A stretch of DNA of 64,000 nt from IMG/VR virus record IMGVR_UViG_3300023174_000065, one strand, 5' to 3'. Source of the DNA: a virus. This document shows, piece after piece, positions 8,287 through 17,756 of the stretch. A program made the translations under genes and the position numbers. Below the pieces are notes generated by a model. That model saw only the letters and a list, made by a program, of their open reading frames with translations. It had not been told where the DNA came from and did not search any database. Every line of letters begins with the position of its first letter. Positions within the stretch are counted from its first letter, which is position 1.

Positions 8287-10961
8287 GCTATGTTGATGCA
8301 ATTTGGAACAGAGACAACGATACCATACATGTTGTTGAACGAGATCCAAAAATAGGCAGAGTTTATCGTGATTATCCTGCAAAATATGTTTTTTATTATC
8401 CAGATCAAAAGGGAAAATATAAAAGTATTTTTGATGAATCATTAGCAAAAGTACAATGCAAAACATGGAAAGAGTTTATCAAAGAACAAAAGATTCACGG
8501 CAGTCATAAACTCTACGAAAGCGACATGAACGCTGTTTTTCGATGCCTCGAAGAAAACTATCTAGGAAAAGATGAGCCAAAACTAAATGTGGCCTTTTAC
8601 GATATCGAGGTAGACTTTGATCCAGAAAGAGGATACGCAAGTCCCGAAGACGCATTCATGCCCATCACTGCGATATCAGTACATCTACAATGGCTAGACA
8701 CGCTTGTATGCCTTGCGCTTCCTCCAAAAACTCTGACAATGGATGCAGCAAATGAATTAATAAAAGATATTCCTAATACATTTCTATTTGACTCTGAAGC
8801 TGAAATGTTGGGCACATTTCTTAACTTAATTGATGATGCCGATGTTATTAGCGGATGGAATTCTGAAGGGTTTGATATTCCGTATACCGTAAATAGAATA
8901 ATCAAGACATTAGGCAAAGAAGCAACAAAAAGATTATGCCTATGGAATCAATATCCAAAAAAAAGAGAATATGAGAAGTTTGGAAAATCTGCCGTAACAT
9001 ATGATTTTGTTGGCAGAGTACACCTTGACAGCCTATCACTGTATAAAAAATACACATACGAAGAACGTCATTCATATCGTCTAGATGCAATAGGCGAAGC
9101 AGAAATTGGTGAAAATAAAACAGTATATGAAGGCACACTTGATCAACTTTATAATAATGATTTTAGAACGTTCATTGAATATAACCGCCAAGATACTGCA
9201 CTATTGGATAAACTGGATAAAAAGTTAAAATTCATAGACTTAGCATGTTCAATTGCGCATGAAAATACCGTTCTTCTTCAAACAACTATGGGCGCAGTGG
9301 CTGTCACTGAACAGGCAATTATAAATGAGGCACATCGACATGGTCTAATAGTTCCAAGTCGATCTCGTAAAAATGACCGAGATGACACTCAAGCAGCAGG
9401 AGCTTATGTAGCTGTTCCTAAAAAAGGACTACATGAGTGGATTGGATCAATGGATATTAACTCGCTGTATCCATCAGCGATTCGCGCATTGAATATGGGT
9501 CCAGAAACTATCATCGGCCAATTGCGTCAGGATTATACTACTTCAGAAATTGAAGCAAAAATGGCCAAAGGCATGAGCTTTGCTGCGGCATGGGAAGGTA
9601 AATTTGGCAGCAACGAGTATGAATTTGTCATGAACCAAGATACCATGCATGACATTATAATTGACTGGGAAAATGGAAGCACTGTTATAACAAACGGCGC
9701 AGAAATATATCAATTAATTTTCAAAAGTAACAAACAGTGGATCCTTAGCGCGAACGGTACAATATTTACCTATGAAAAAGAAGGTATTATTCCAGGTCTA
9801 CTAAAGCGTTGGTATGCAGAACGAAAGGAAATGCAGGCCAAACTAAAAGACGCAATCAAAGCTGAAAATCCAATTGAGGAAGAATACTGGGATAAACGCC
9901 AGTTGGTGAAAAAGATTAACCTAAATTCTCTCTATGGTGCAATTCTCAATGCGGGTTGCAGATTTTTTGACAAAAGAATTGGCCAAAGTACAACTCTATC
10001 TGGTCGAAGAATCACGCGACATATGGCGGCAAAAATAAATGAATTTATCACAGGTTCGTATGATCATGCTGGCACTAGTATAATATACGGTGACACTGAT
10101 TCTGGGTATTTTACCGCATGGCCAACCCTAAAAAAAGAAGTTGAAAATGGATCAATTGTTTGGAACAAAGATACTGTAATACAACTGTATGATCAAATAT
10201 CAGAAGAAGTAAACGTTACATTTCCACAAATGATGCTCGAACAATTTCATTGTCCAAAAACAAGAGGTGAAGTTATAAAAGCTGGACGAGAGATTGTTGC
10301 AGATCGTGCTCTTTTTATTACTAAGAAACGTTATGCTGTTAGGTACTACGATAAAGAAGGCAAACGACAGGACAAAGATGGCAAGGACGGCAAAGTCAAG
10401 GCAATGGGTCTTGACCTAAAAAGAGCGGATACACCGAAATATGTTCAAGAATTTCTAATGAAAATCCTTGAAATGTTACTCGCAGGTTCAGACAAAAATA
10501 ACATAGTCAAAGAAATAATAGAATTCAAAGTTTGGATGTATGATCAACCAAGCTGGACAATGGGTTCGCCTAAGTCTGTTAACAAACTTGCGCACTATGA
10601 ATCTCTAGAAGCAAACAGCAAGACCGGTAGAGCTAATATGCCAGGACATGCACGTGCCTCATTGAATTATAATTATCTTAGAAAATTAAATGGAGATAAT
10701 TACAGCCAAAAAATCGTAGATGGATCTAAAATTGTTGTATGTAAATTAAAAGAAAATCCACTTAGACTTACATCAATATCATATCCTGTTGACCAGTTAA
10801 GATTACCAGAATGGTTCAAAGAATTACCATTTGATAACAATGGCATGATCGAGACGTTAGTTGATCAAAAATTGGAAAATCTATTAGGAGTCTTAAATTG
10901 GGACTTAAAGTCAGACATAAACACAAACAGTTCAATCAATGATTTATTCTCGTTTGAATAA
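8283..10961 (+). CDS. gp43: Family B DNA polymerase (T4 gp43-like)
   Basis: ExoI YDIEVD, ExoII GWNSEGFDIPY, ExoIII YNRQD, SMDINSLYPS, KKINLNSLYG, YGDTDS, KKRYA. Confidence 0.97.
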   Translation: MSYVDAIWNRDNDTIHVVERDPKIGRVYRDYPAKYVFYYPDQKGKYKSIFDESLAKVQCKTWKEFIKEQKIHGSHKLYESDMNAVFRCLEENYLGKDEPKLNVAFYDIEVDFDPERGYASPEDAFMPITAISVHLQWLDTLVCLALPPKTLTMDAANELIKDIPNTFLFDSEAEMLGTFLNLIDDADVISGWNSEGFDIPYTVNRIIKTLGKEATKRLCLWNQYPKKREYEKFGKSAVTYDFVGRVHLDSLSLYKKYTYEERHSYRLDAIGEAEIGENKTVYEGTLDQLYNNDFRTFIEYNRQDTALLDKLDKKLKFIDLACSIAHENTVLLQTTMGAVAVTEQAIINEAHRHGLIVPSRSRKNDRDDTQAAGAYVAVPKKGLHEWIGSMDINSLYPSAIRALNMGPETIIGQLRQDYTTSEIEAKMAKGMSFAAAWEGKFGSNEYEFVMNQDTMHDIIIDWENGSTVITNGAEIYQLIFKSNKQWILSANGTIFTYEKEGIIPGLLKRWYAERKEMQAKLKDAIKAENPIEEEYWDKRQLVKKINLNSLYGAILNAGCRFFDKRIGQSTTLSGRRITRHMAAKINEFITGSYDHAGTSIIYGDTDSGYFTAWPTLKKEVENGSIVWNKDTVIQLYDQISEEVNVTFPQMMLEQFHCPKTRGEVIKAGREIVADRALFITKKRYAVRYYDKEGKRQDKDGKDGKVKAMGLDLKRADTPKYVQEFLMKILEMLLAGSDKNNIVKEIIEFKVWMYDQPSWTMGSPKSVNKLAHYESLEANSKTGRANMPGHARASLNYNYLRKLNGDNYSQKIVDGSKIVVCKLKENPLRLTSISYPVDQLRLPEWFKELPFDNNGMIETLVDQKLENLLGVLNWDLKSDINTNSSINDLFSFE

Positions 10962-10966
10962 ATTTA

Positions 10967-10995
10967 TTGACTTTTTAATAAATTTACGGTATAAT
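10967..10995 (+). promoter_or_regulatory. sigma70-type promoter
   Basis: TTGACT-17 bp-TATAAT. Confidence 0.8.
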
Positions 10996-11017
10996 TAATG
11001 AAATAAGGATAATAAAA

Positions 11018-11752
11018 ATGAAAAATTTTCTACAAGATCTCATTCAACATACATACAGCCTAGGCATAATTGAACTTATAAAAGTAGAAAGTTCAACTAC
11101 CGAGACCAAGATTTCTGCATATTCAGAAGATAGAAAAGTTATTGTTTCTGGAGTGTCCAAAGTTCCTATTACTGAACTTCAAGGAACATTTGGTATGCCA
11201 AATCTTTCAAAGTTAAAGACAATTTTAAGTTTTGATGAATATGACAATAAGGCAAAAATAAATGTCATTCGTGAAGACAAGGGCGAAGAAAAGAATGTTC
11301 CTATAAGCATTCACTTTGAAACAGAAGTTGGCGATTTCGTCAACGATTATCGACTCATGGCAAAGTCAGTAATCGAAGACAAGATAAAAACAGTTATATT
11401 CAAGGGCGCAACATGGAATGTTGAACTTGTCCCTGCCATAACTAGTATTCAGAAAATGAAGAAACAGGCATCTGCAAACAATGAAGAACTGAACTTTGTT
11501 GCTCGCACTGATAAGGGTGATTTGAGATTTTATTTTGGCGATGTCGGTACAAATAACGGAAATTTTGTATTTCAAAGTAATGTAAATGGAGTTTTGACCA
11601 AATCTTGGAACTGGCCTGTAAAAGTTTTTATGGCAATCATGGATCTACCAGGCAATAAAGTTATCAAGTTCTCTGATGGCGGTGCTGTTGAAATTACAGT
11701 TGACAGCGGAATAGCAGATTATAGGTACCTTCTTCCAGCGGAGGCAAAATAA
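11018..11752 (+). CDS. gp45: Probable DNA sliding clamp (gp45-like)
   Basis: 244 aa, directly after the polymerase; GTFGMPNLSKL and terminal YRYLLPA resemble the clamp fold. Confidence 0.6.
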   Translation: MKNFLQDLIQHTYSLGIIELIKVESSTTETKISAYSEDRKVIVSGVSKVPITELQGTFGMPNLSKLKTILSFDEYDNKAKINVIREDKGEEKNVPISIHFETEVGDFVNDYRLMAKSVIEDKIKTVIFKGATWNVELVPAITSIQKMKKQASANNEELNFVARTDKGDLRFYFGDVGTNNGNFVFQSNVNGVLTKSWNWPVKVFMAIMDLPGNKVIKFSDGGAVEITVDSGIADYRYLLPAEAK

Positions 11753-11756
11753 TACA

Positions 11757-12104
11757 ATGACAGACGAATCATCAAAAATTACAGTTGAAGAATCAACTGA
11801 ATACGAAAATTGTATTGGAAAAGTAGTTCCGTTAGAGGAACCAGAAAACACCGCAGATACACTATTCGAAGGATGGGATGAAGATGACGAAGCTGAATGG
11901 AAAAAACATTGGAAGGGAATGCCTGAATTTGTTCAGGAAGACAATGCTCCATATATGAAAATTTATGTCAGCTTCAGGAATGAGGATGATTATAATGCAT
12001 TTGCCAAGTTAGTAGATCAAAATCTTTCTAAAAAGACTAAAAGCATTTGGTATCCAAAGCTTGATAGGTCTGCGAATTTCCTTAAGCGATGGATTGAAGA
12101 GTGA
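11757..12104 (+). CDS. Small acidic protein of the type accompanying phage DNA glycosyltransferases
   Basis: WKGMPEFVQED...VSFRNEDDYNAFAKLVDQ..KTKSIWYP; overlaps the next gene by 4 bp. Confidence 0.6.
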   Translation: MTDESSKITVEESTEYENCIGKVVPLEEPENTADTLFEGWDEDDEAEWKKHWKGMPEFVQEDNAPYMKIYVSFRNEDDYNAFAKLVDQNLSKKTKSIWYPKLDRSANFLKRWIEE

Positions 12105-13168
12105 GTTCCAGTCTTTTTTTTACAACTAGGCCTATAACAGGCAGGGAAGGCAAGTCTGTGGTTGCTCATATGAGTATTCTTCGCAGCAATGGCACATATG
12201 TCGATTACTTGTCATGTAAAAAAACAGATAAAACTAGTAAGTTCATTTCCAGCTACGCAAATATTCATATTAATAAAAATTTAAATATTTTTGGTGAATT
12301 TTATGAAAAAAATGCGATCAATATGTCAAATTGGAAAGAAGTTTATGATAGCATAGATATATCACCTCTGAGTGAATATGAAAATTTTTATATCATCGGA
12401 GGTGTCGATCTATGGAGGTCAAATCTCACTCGCGGAAGTAAAAGAAATGGAGTATTTCCACTCGACAGGGGACAGCTAAAATGGCAATCATGTGGTGTTA
12501 TATTGACAAACTTACTGGCTTTATTGAAGGCACATAGGACATATGATATTCCGTTACATGAATTAGCATTTGATCCAAATGAAATGTCATTAGATCTTGT
12601 CCACGAGGATTATGCTCCTAATAGTAATAACTACCATTTATATCATGGATATGATATAAAAGAGTATAATACTAAAAGACTAGACAGTCTTCAGTTTCAC
12701 TTCAACAATAAAAATGATCTTTTTGAAGTCAAGGAAGAAAAGATATATGATCTAACATTTGGATACTCTGTACTTGAAAATAGCAAAAGAGACTATGCAC
12801 TAGATTATGTAGATCAAATGTCTCCCTATTTTTCAAATACAAATATTTTTTGCAAGAACTATGTAACTGGCGAAGATAGTCTGGTTGATAGAGACACATA
12901 TCTGGACTATATTAAGAAATCAAAATTTACACTTGTTCTTCCATCATATGATCAACACTGTTTTTCAATTTATCGATTTATAGAATCATTGCATAACAAT
13001 TGTTTACCAATCATAAATGAAAGGTGTAATATTTCTGATGTTCAAATTTCATTTGATGTTGATTTAACCCCGCTTATCATGTATGATAAGCCAAATGAGT
13101 CCAAGAGACTGGAAATGTTAGAATACTATAAACACAAATTTTTGACGGTTGAAAAAGGCTTTAGATGA
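12101..13168 (+). CDS. GT-B glycosyltransferase, T4 beta-glucosyltransferase-like
   Basis: 355 aa (GTG start); KIYDLTFGYS..SKRD and SKFTLVL...YRFIESL resemble the BGT C-terminal domain (RxxE). Confidence 0.6.
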   Translation: MSSSLFFTTRPITGREGKSVVAHMSILRSNGTYVDYLSCKKTDKTSKFISSYANIHINKNLNIFGEFYEKNAINMSNWKEVYDSIDISPLSEYENFYIIGGVDLWRSNLTRGSKRNGVFPLDRGQLKWQSCGVILTNLLALLKAHRTYDIPLHELAFDPNEMSLDLVHEDYAPNSNNYHLYHGYDIKEYNTKRLDSLQFHFNNKNDLFEVKEEKIYDLTFGYSVLENSKRDYALDYVDQMSPYFSNTNIFCKNYVTGEDSLVDRDTYLDYIKKSKFTLVLPSYDQHCFSIYRFIESLHNNCLPIINERCNISDVQISFDVDLTPLIMYDKPNESKRLEMLEYYKHKFLTVEKGFR

Positions 13169-14151
13169 CAAATCCAAGATATCCCGTATATATTATAAGT
13201 AAAGGTCGCCATGAGTCAATGTTGACTTCAAGGTCGTTGTCTCGCATGAGAGTTCCTCATTATATTGCAATTGAGCCACAGGATGAAGGACTTTATGAAT
13301 CTGCATTAGATATCTTTGGCATTCGTGAATATGTGACTTTATTGATTGCTCCTTTTAGTAATCATGGAGATGGTCCAGGGCGGGCTAGAAATTGGTGCTG
13401 GGATCACTCAATTGCTCTAGGAGCAGAACGTCACTGGGTCCTAGATGATAATATTGCAGATTTTTATCGCTTGTACAAGAATGAAAGAATTCGTGTAGAA
13501 TCTGGTGCAATATTCCGAGCAGCAGAAGACTTTGTTGATAGGTACGAAAATGTGCCAATTGCAGGTTTTCAGTATAGATTCTTTATTGCACCAAATCAAA
13601 AATATCCTCCATACTCAAAGAATTGCCGCATTTATTCAACATTGCTTATCAAAAATGACTGTAAGCATCGTTGGCGTGGGCGATACAACGAAGATACAGA
13701 TATTTGCTTACGAGTCCTAAAAGACGGTGATTGTACTATTCAGTTTAATGCATTTTTACAAGGCAAAGCTGCAACACAAACGGTGTCTGGTGGCAACACT
13801 GCTGAATTTTATCACAAAGAAATAGGCCTGGATGAAAGCGGAGTAGCAATTACTAGTGAAAATCTTGAAATTAAAGAAAGATATAATGTTGCAGGAACAA
13901 TTGCAAAATCACAGATGTTAGTTGATTTGCACCCCGATGTTGCAACAGTTGTATTCAGATACGGAAGATGGCATCACCATGTAGATTATAGCTCATTTAA
14001 AAAAAATAACTTAATATTAAAATCAAATCTAATTTTACCAGAAAAATATGACAATTACGGCATGAAGCTAATCACCAATTATGATGAGTGGTGTGTCGAA
14101 AATAATATTACCAATAACAATCCAACAACAAACACACAAGAGGAAATATAA
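13165..14151 (+). CDS. GT-A DNA glycosyltransferase (TET-associated GT / glucosyl-hmC glucosyltransferase-like)
   Basis: YPVYIISKGR, ARNWCWD, WVLDDNI, RYNEDTDICLRVL, SGGNT, RWHHHVDY. Confidence 0.8.
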   Translation: MTNPRYPVYIISKGRHESMLTSRSLSRMRVPHYIAIEPQDEGLYESALDIFGIREYVTLLIAPFSNHGDGPGRARNWCWDHSIALGAERHWVLDDNIADFYRLYKNERIRVESGAIFRAAEDFVDRYENVPIAGFQYRFFIAPNQKYPPYSKNCRIYSTLLIKNDCKHRWRGRYNEDTDICLRVLKDGDCTIQFNAFLQGKAATQTVSGGNTAEFYHKEIGLDESGVAITSENLEIKERYNVAGTIAKSQMLVDLHPDVATVVFRYGRWHHHVDYSSFKKNNLILKSNLILPEKYDNYGMKLITNYDEWCVENNITNNNPTTNTQEEI

Positions 14152-14369
14152 TGCCAATTACTAATCAAACTGTTAACAATATCTTCAAGTCACTTGAGCA
14201 GTATCGCACATTTTGTCGTGATTTTGGATACAAGTTCAATGAACAGGATTTGTTTAATTACAAAAGTTTTTCATTCAAGCAGTATCAGCGATTCATCCAA
14301 GGCAAGGATGCAAAGAATCAATGGGAAGCTGACTTGGCAAGATTTAAAGGTGTAAAAACTTTTTCATGA
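14151..14369 (+). CDS. Hypothetical phage protein
   Basis: 72-aa ORF, GAGGA RBS, stop/start overlap. Confidence 0.65.
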   Translation: MPITNQTVNNIFKSLEQYRTFCRDFGYKFNEQDLFNYKSFSFKQYQRFIQGKDAKNQWEADLARFKGVKTFS

Positions 14370-14390
14370 CACTTGTTGAATAGGTAATAC

Positions 14391-14603
14391 ATGTACACTA
14401 ACTTATATTCAAATAGTCCACATATACACGTTAATGACAAACAATCTTCCAGTTATAATTTTTCACCAGTGTCTTTGCTTCCGAATGTAAGATATAATAG
14501 TGAGATCAATAATACGGTCAGCATTGCCGTTGAAAATTTCAACCGTGCAAAGAGCCAGTTAAAAACAACAATTGCCCTGGTAGAAAACAACTCAATAGTA
14601 TAA
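14391..14603 (+). CDS. Hypothetical protein
   Basis: 70-aa ORF filling the operon gap, AGGT upstream. Confidence 0.5.
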   Translation: MYTNLYSNSPHIHVNDKQSSSYNFSPVSLLPNVRYNSEINNTVSIAVENFNRAKSQLKTTIALVENNSIV

Positions 14604-14613
14604 GGCATTTATA

Positions 14614-14895
14614 ATGATTGGCGTAGACACGAAAATTGATGAGATTTTAAACATTCTTCAAGAAGAATGTGTTGAAGTCGTACAAGCAGTTTGCAAAATT
14701 CGAAGATTTGGGTTTGAAAGCTATCATCCATCAAGTAGTAAGGATAATAGGGAACACCTTGCGGAAGAGCTGGGTGACCTCCAGTGCATGATCAATTTAT
14801 TAATTGCATCCAATACTGTATCAGCAGAAGAAGTAAACGATGCTTGTTTAAAGAAAATTGAAAAATTGAAAAAATGGTCAAATATATATGAGTGA
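14614..14895 (+). CDS. MazG-like NTP pyrophosphohydrolase
   Basis: LQEECVEVVQA...LAEELGDL (EExxE...ExxD). Confidence 0.8.
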   Translation: MIGVDTKIDEILNILQEECVEVVQAVCKIRRFGFESYHPSSSKDNREHLAEELGDLQCMINLLIASNTVSAEEVNDACLKKIEKLKKWSNIYE

Positions 14896-14901
14896 TTTAT
14901 T

Positions 14902-15279
14902 ATGTTTAAATTAATTAAAAATTGGTTATTAAGAAATTCGATTCATAAAACAGCAAAAGAGTATTCTGTTACATCAGAACCAGTTGATCCAAAAACCGCG
15001 GCAACTGCTAATGGTGAACCTTGGGTGTCGGTTTTAGAAACGCATGTTAATCCAGATAACCCTAGAAATGGATTTTTTGATCTTGACTGGAACGAGCATT
15101 TCATAGTAATGTTACGAAGTCATGGATATACAGGAATAGCCGATGAAGAATTAGTAGATTCATGGTTCCAAGATCTTTGTAGAGAAATTGGCAACGAAGA
15201 AGGCGTAATGATGGATCGACGTTTTAGTGGATACATCAATGTAAATAATTTAGGCAACGGAAAATCAGAGGTTAGTTAA
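14902..15279 (+). CDS. Hypothetical phage protein
   Basis: 125-aa ORF (GEPWV...GFFDLDWNEHF) coupled to RNase H. Confidence 0.7.
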   Translation: MFKLIKNWLLRNSIHKTAKEYSVTSEPVDPKTAATANGEPWVSVLETHVNPDNPRNGFFDLDWNEHFIVMLRSHGYTGIADEELVDSWFQDLCREIGNEEGVMMDRRFSGYINVNNLGNGKSEVS

Positions 15280-16265
15280 TGACTTATATCATAGTAGATG
15301 CTGCAAACACATTTTTTCGGTCACGGCATGTAGTTCGGGGATCTGCTGATGAAAGGGTAGGCATGTGTCTCCACATCATGTTTGATTCAGTAAGAAAGGC
15401 ATGGAGACAGTTTGAGGGCAAACATGTCATATTTTGCCTCGAGGGCAGAAGCTGGCGAAAGGATGTGTATGAACCATACAAACGAAACCGAAGTGCCGCT
15501 CGTGATGCACTTACTCCAAGAGAGGCAGAAGAAGACCAATTATTTTGGGAAACTTTTGATACATTTAAGGAATTTCTAAAAGAAAAGACTAATTGTACCG
15601 TGTTGCAGCATTCTAATCTAGAAGCCGATGACTTAATCGCAGGATGGATTTCGACTCATCCTGATGATAATCATGTTATTATTTCAACTGATGGCGACTT
15701 TGCACAATTAATTGCACCCAATGTCAGGCAATACAACGGTATCATGGGAGTGACTATCACCCATGAGGGATATTTTGATGAAAAAAATAAGCCCATCAAA
15801 GATAAAAAAACTGGAGAGATTAAACCAGCTCCAGATCCCGAGTGGATGCTATTTGAAAAGTGCATGAGAGGTGATACTTCCGACAATGTATTCAGTGCGT
15901 ATCCAGGCGTTCGCAAAAAAGGCACCAAGAATAAGGTAGGCCTAGAGGAAGCATTCGCTGATCGCAATTCTAAAGGGTGGGCATGGAACAATATTATGTT
16001 ACAACGATGGGTAGATCATGAGGGCAAAGAGCACCGAGTTCTGGAAGATTATAATCGAAATGTTATTTTGTGTGATCTCAAGGCTCAGCCTTCTGATATC
16101 AAGCAGAAAATTATAGATACGGTCACTGACGAACTCAATAAAGAAAAAAATATCAGTCAGGTAGGCATAAGATTAATAAAGTTTTGTGCCCAACATGATT
16201 TAATAAAAATCAGCGAGCAAATTCAAAGCTATGCTGATCCATTAACAGCAAGGTATCATAAATGA
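15279..16265 (+). CDS. rnh: T4-type RNase H / 5'-3' exonuclease (FEN family)
   Basis: IIVDAAN, SWRKD...YKRNR, LEADDLIA, ISTDGDFAQL, GDTSDNV. Confidence 0.9.
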   Translation: MTYIIVDAANTFFRSRHVVRGSADERVGMCLHIMFDSVRKAWRQFEGKHVIFCLEGRSWRKDVYEPYKRNRSAARDALTPREAEEDQLFWETFDTFKEFLKEKTNCTVLQHSNLEADDLIAGWISTHPDDNHVIISTDGDFAQLIAPNVRQYNGIMGVTITHEGYFDEKNKPIKDKKTGEIKPAPDPEWMLFEKCMRGDTSDNVFSAYPGVRKKGTKNKVGLEEAFADRNSKGWAWNNIMLQRWVDHEGKEHRVLEDYNRNVILCDLKAQPSDIKQKIIDTVTDELNKEKNISQVGIRLIKFCAQHDLIKISEQIQSYADPLTARYHK

Positions 16266-16750
16266 ATATTACTGCAAAAGTGCTCATTCCTAACAAATCA
16301 TGGCTAGTAAATGATGGCAGGAATAAAATAGCAACTCTCAACAGAGAAAATAGTGGTTACAGACTGGTCAGTAGTGGTCAAACATTTCAAGTGGATACGT
16401 TAAATGAGATTAAAGAACGATTTGGTATAGTAATACCAGACGAAACGATCCAACAAGAAACTCAGACTTTTTCTCCGGAAAATGAAATATATGGATATCC
16501 CACTAAAGGTATTCCCACTAATCCTCTTTGGGATGTCAAGAAGAAACTTCCTATTTTTACAAAAACTAGTAGAAGTAAATGTTTTTTTTGCGCAGGATAC
16601 TATGCTGTTAAATTTTCCAAAATCTGGATCAGATCATTTTGTCCAAAACTGATCACAGTTTCTAGATATCCATATATTGGTCCGTTTAAGACTGAGGAAG
16701 AGGCAAAAAATATGATAAATTCATTAAACAGAGAAACAAACAATGAATAG
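16262..16750 (+). CDS. Hypothetical phage protein
   Basis: 162-aa ORF, ATGA-coupled. Confidence 0.7.
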   Translation: MNITAKVLIPNKSWLVNDGRNKIATLNRENSGYRLVSSGQTFQVDTLNEIKERFGIVIPDETIQQETQTFSPENEIYGYPTKGIPTNPLWDVKKKLPIFTKTSRSKCFFCAGYYAVKFSKIWIRSFCPKLITVSRYPYIGPFKTEEEAKNMINSLNRETNNE

Positions 16751-16967
16751 TCTTAATACTCTACCTATCGAAATGTTCTTGGAAAAAGCTAGAATTGCGC
16801 GAAAAAGCGGTCAAAAAACACTAAATTTGCCGATAAATGAAGCAAATATGCTCGAAGAATCATTGGCAGTAGTAATGACTCGTTTAGCAGGAGAATTAGA
16901 TGTAATTGCACTAAGATCGTCTGTACAAACAGAGGTCACTGTCAAAATGGACGGCGGCAATTTATAA
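16743..16967 (+). CDS. Hypothetical phage protein
   Basis: 74-aa ORF overlapping the previous stop; ends MDGGNL. Confidence 0.65.
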   Translation: MNSLNTLPIEMFLEKARIARKSGQKTLNLPINEANMLEESLAVVMTRLAGELDVIALRSSVQTEVTVKMDGGNL

Positions 16968-17013
16968 ATTTTGAATAAATAATAGCATATAAGCGAGTGA
17001 GATATATGCAACC

Positions 17014-17295
17014 ATGTCTAGACCAAAACCTAATGTAGTTTTAGAAATTACAAATAAAAAAACTTATAAGACTGAGCAAGTATTGGAAGCTGACGCTATT
17101 TGGGCAGTATTTTACAAAGGTAAACCGGTAAATTTAAAAACCACAAGCATGATTGCTCATCAATCAGGAACAAAATATAAAAAAGTATCCTTTTCAAATC
17201 AAGGACATGCATTTAATTTATCTGAGAAATTGAACAAAATGTTTAATTGCTCGGATTTTTCGGTTTATAAATTGATAAACGGTGAAAAGCAATAA
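17014..17295 (+). CDS. Hypothetical basic phage protein (MSRPKP...)
   Basis: 93-aa ORF preceded by TAAATA at 16976-16981. Confidence 0.7.
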   Translation: MSRPKPNVVLEITNKKTYKTEQVLEADAIWAVFYKGKPVNLKTTSMIAHQSGTKYKKVSFSNQGHAFNLSEKLNKMFNCSDFSVYKLINGEKQ

Positions 17296-17296
17296 T

Positions 17297-17674
17297 ATGG
17301 ACATTAAGCGACACCTCACTCAGTTGGTGATCAATGAAAAAAACGAGCCCTCCGAGTCTTTTGATAAGTTATATAATTACATTTGGCAAAATCCCAGAAA
17401 AAAATCATCAGGTGGCTTACGACTTACGGAAGAGGGATACCAACTTCTTGTAAACGAATTGGATTTGAAATCCTACAGCATTGATTTTTGCAAAGAAACT
17501 ACAATTACCAATCAAGTCATGATATGGTTGGATAAATTCATTGATAGTCCATATTATATTGATAAAAATTCAATAGTGGTTTTTAAAGAAAAAATGGCCG
17601 TTCAATTAATATTATTCAACGGCGATATACAAAAGTATGGAATTGCCAGAGCAATGGCTGAACAAGAAAAATAA
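17297..17674 (+). CDS. Hypothetical phage protein
   Basis: ATG at 17297 just after the previous stop (track uses GTG 17282); GGLRLTEEG motif. Confidence 0.65.
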   Translation: MDIKRHLTQLVINEKNEPSESFDKLYNYIWQNPRKKSSGGLRLTEEGYQLLVNELDLKSYSIDFCKETTITNQVMIWLDKFIDSPYYIDKNSIVVFKEKMAVQLILFNGDIQKYGIARAMAEQEK

Positions 17675-17679
17675 ACCTA

Positions 17680-17708
17680 TTGACACTGCGCACTTAATCA
17701 GCTAGAAT
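17680..17708 (+). promoter_or_regulatory. sigma70-type promoter
   Basis: TTGACA-17 bp-TAGAAT. Confidence 0.75.
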
Positions 17709-17756
17709 TATATCACAGCAAGACGCTGCATTCACAATAATTCATAGAGGTTTAAA

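Noticed and set aside
8283-10961. Intein or intron in the DNA polymerase
   Set aside because: Continuous 892-aa ORF of normal size with all motifs and no intein signatures
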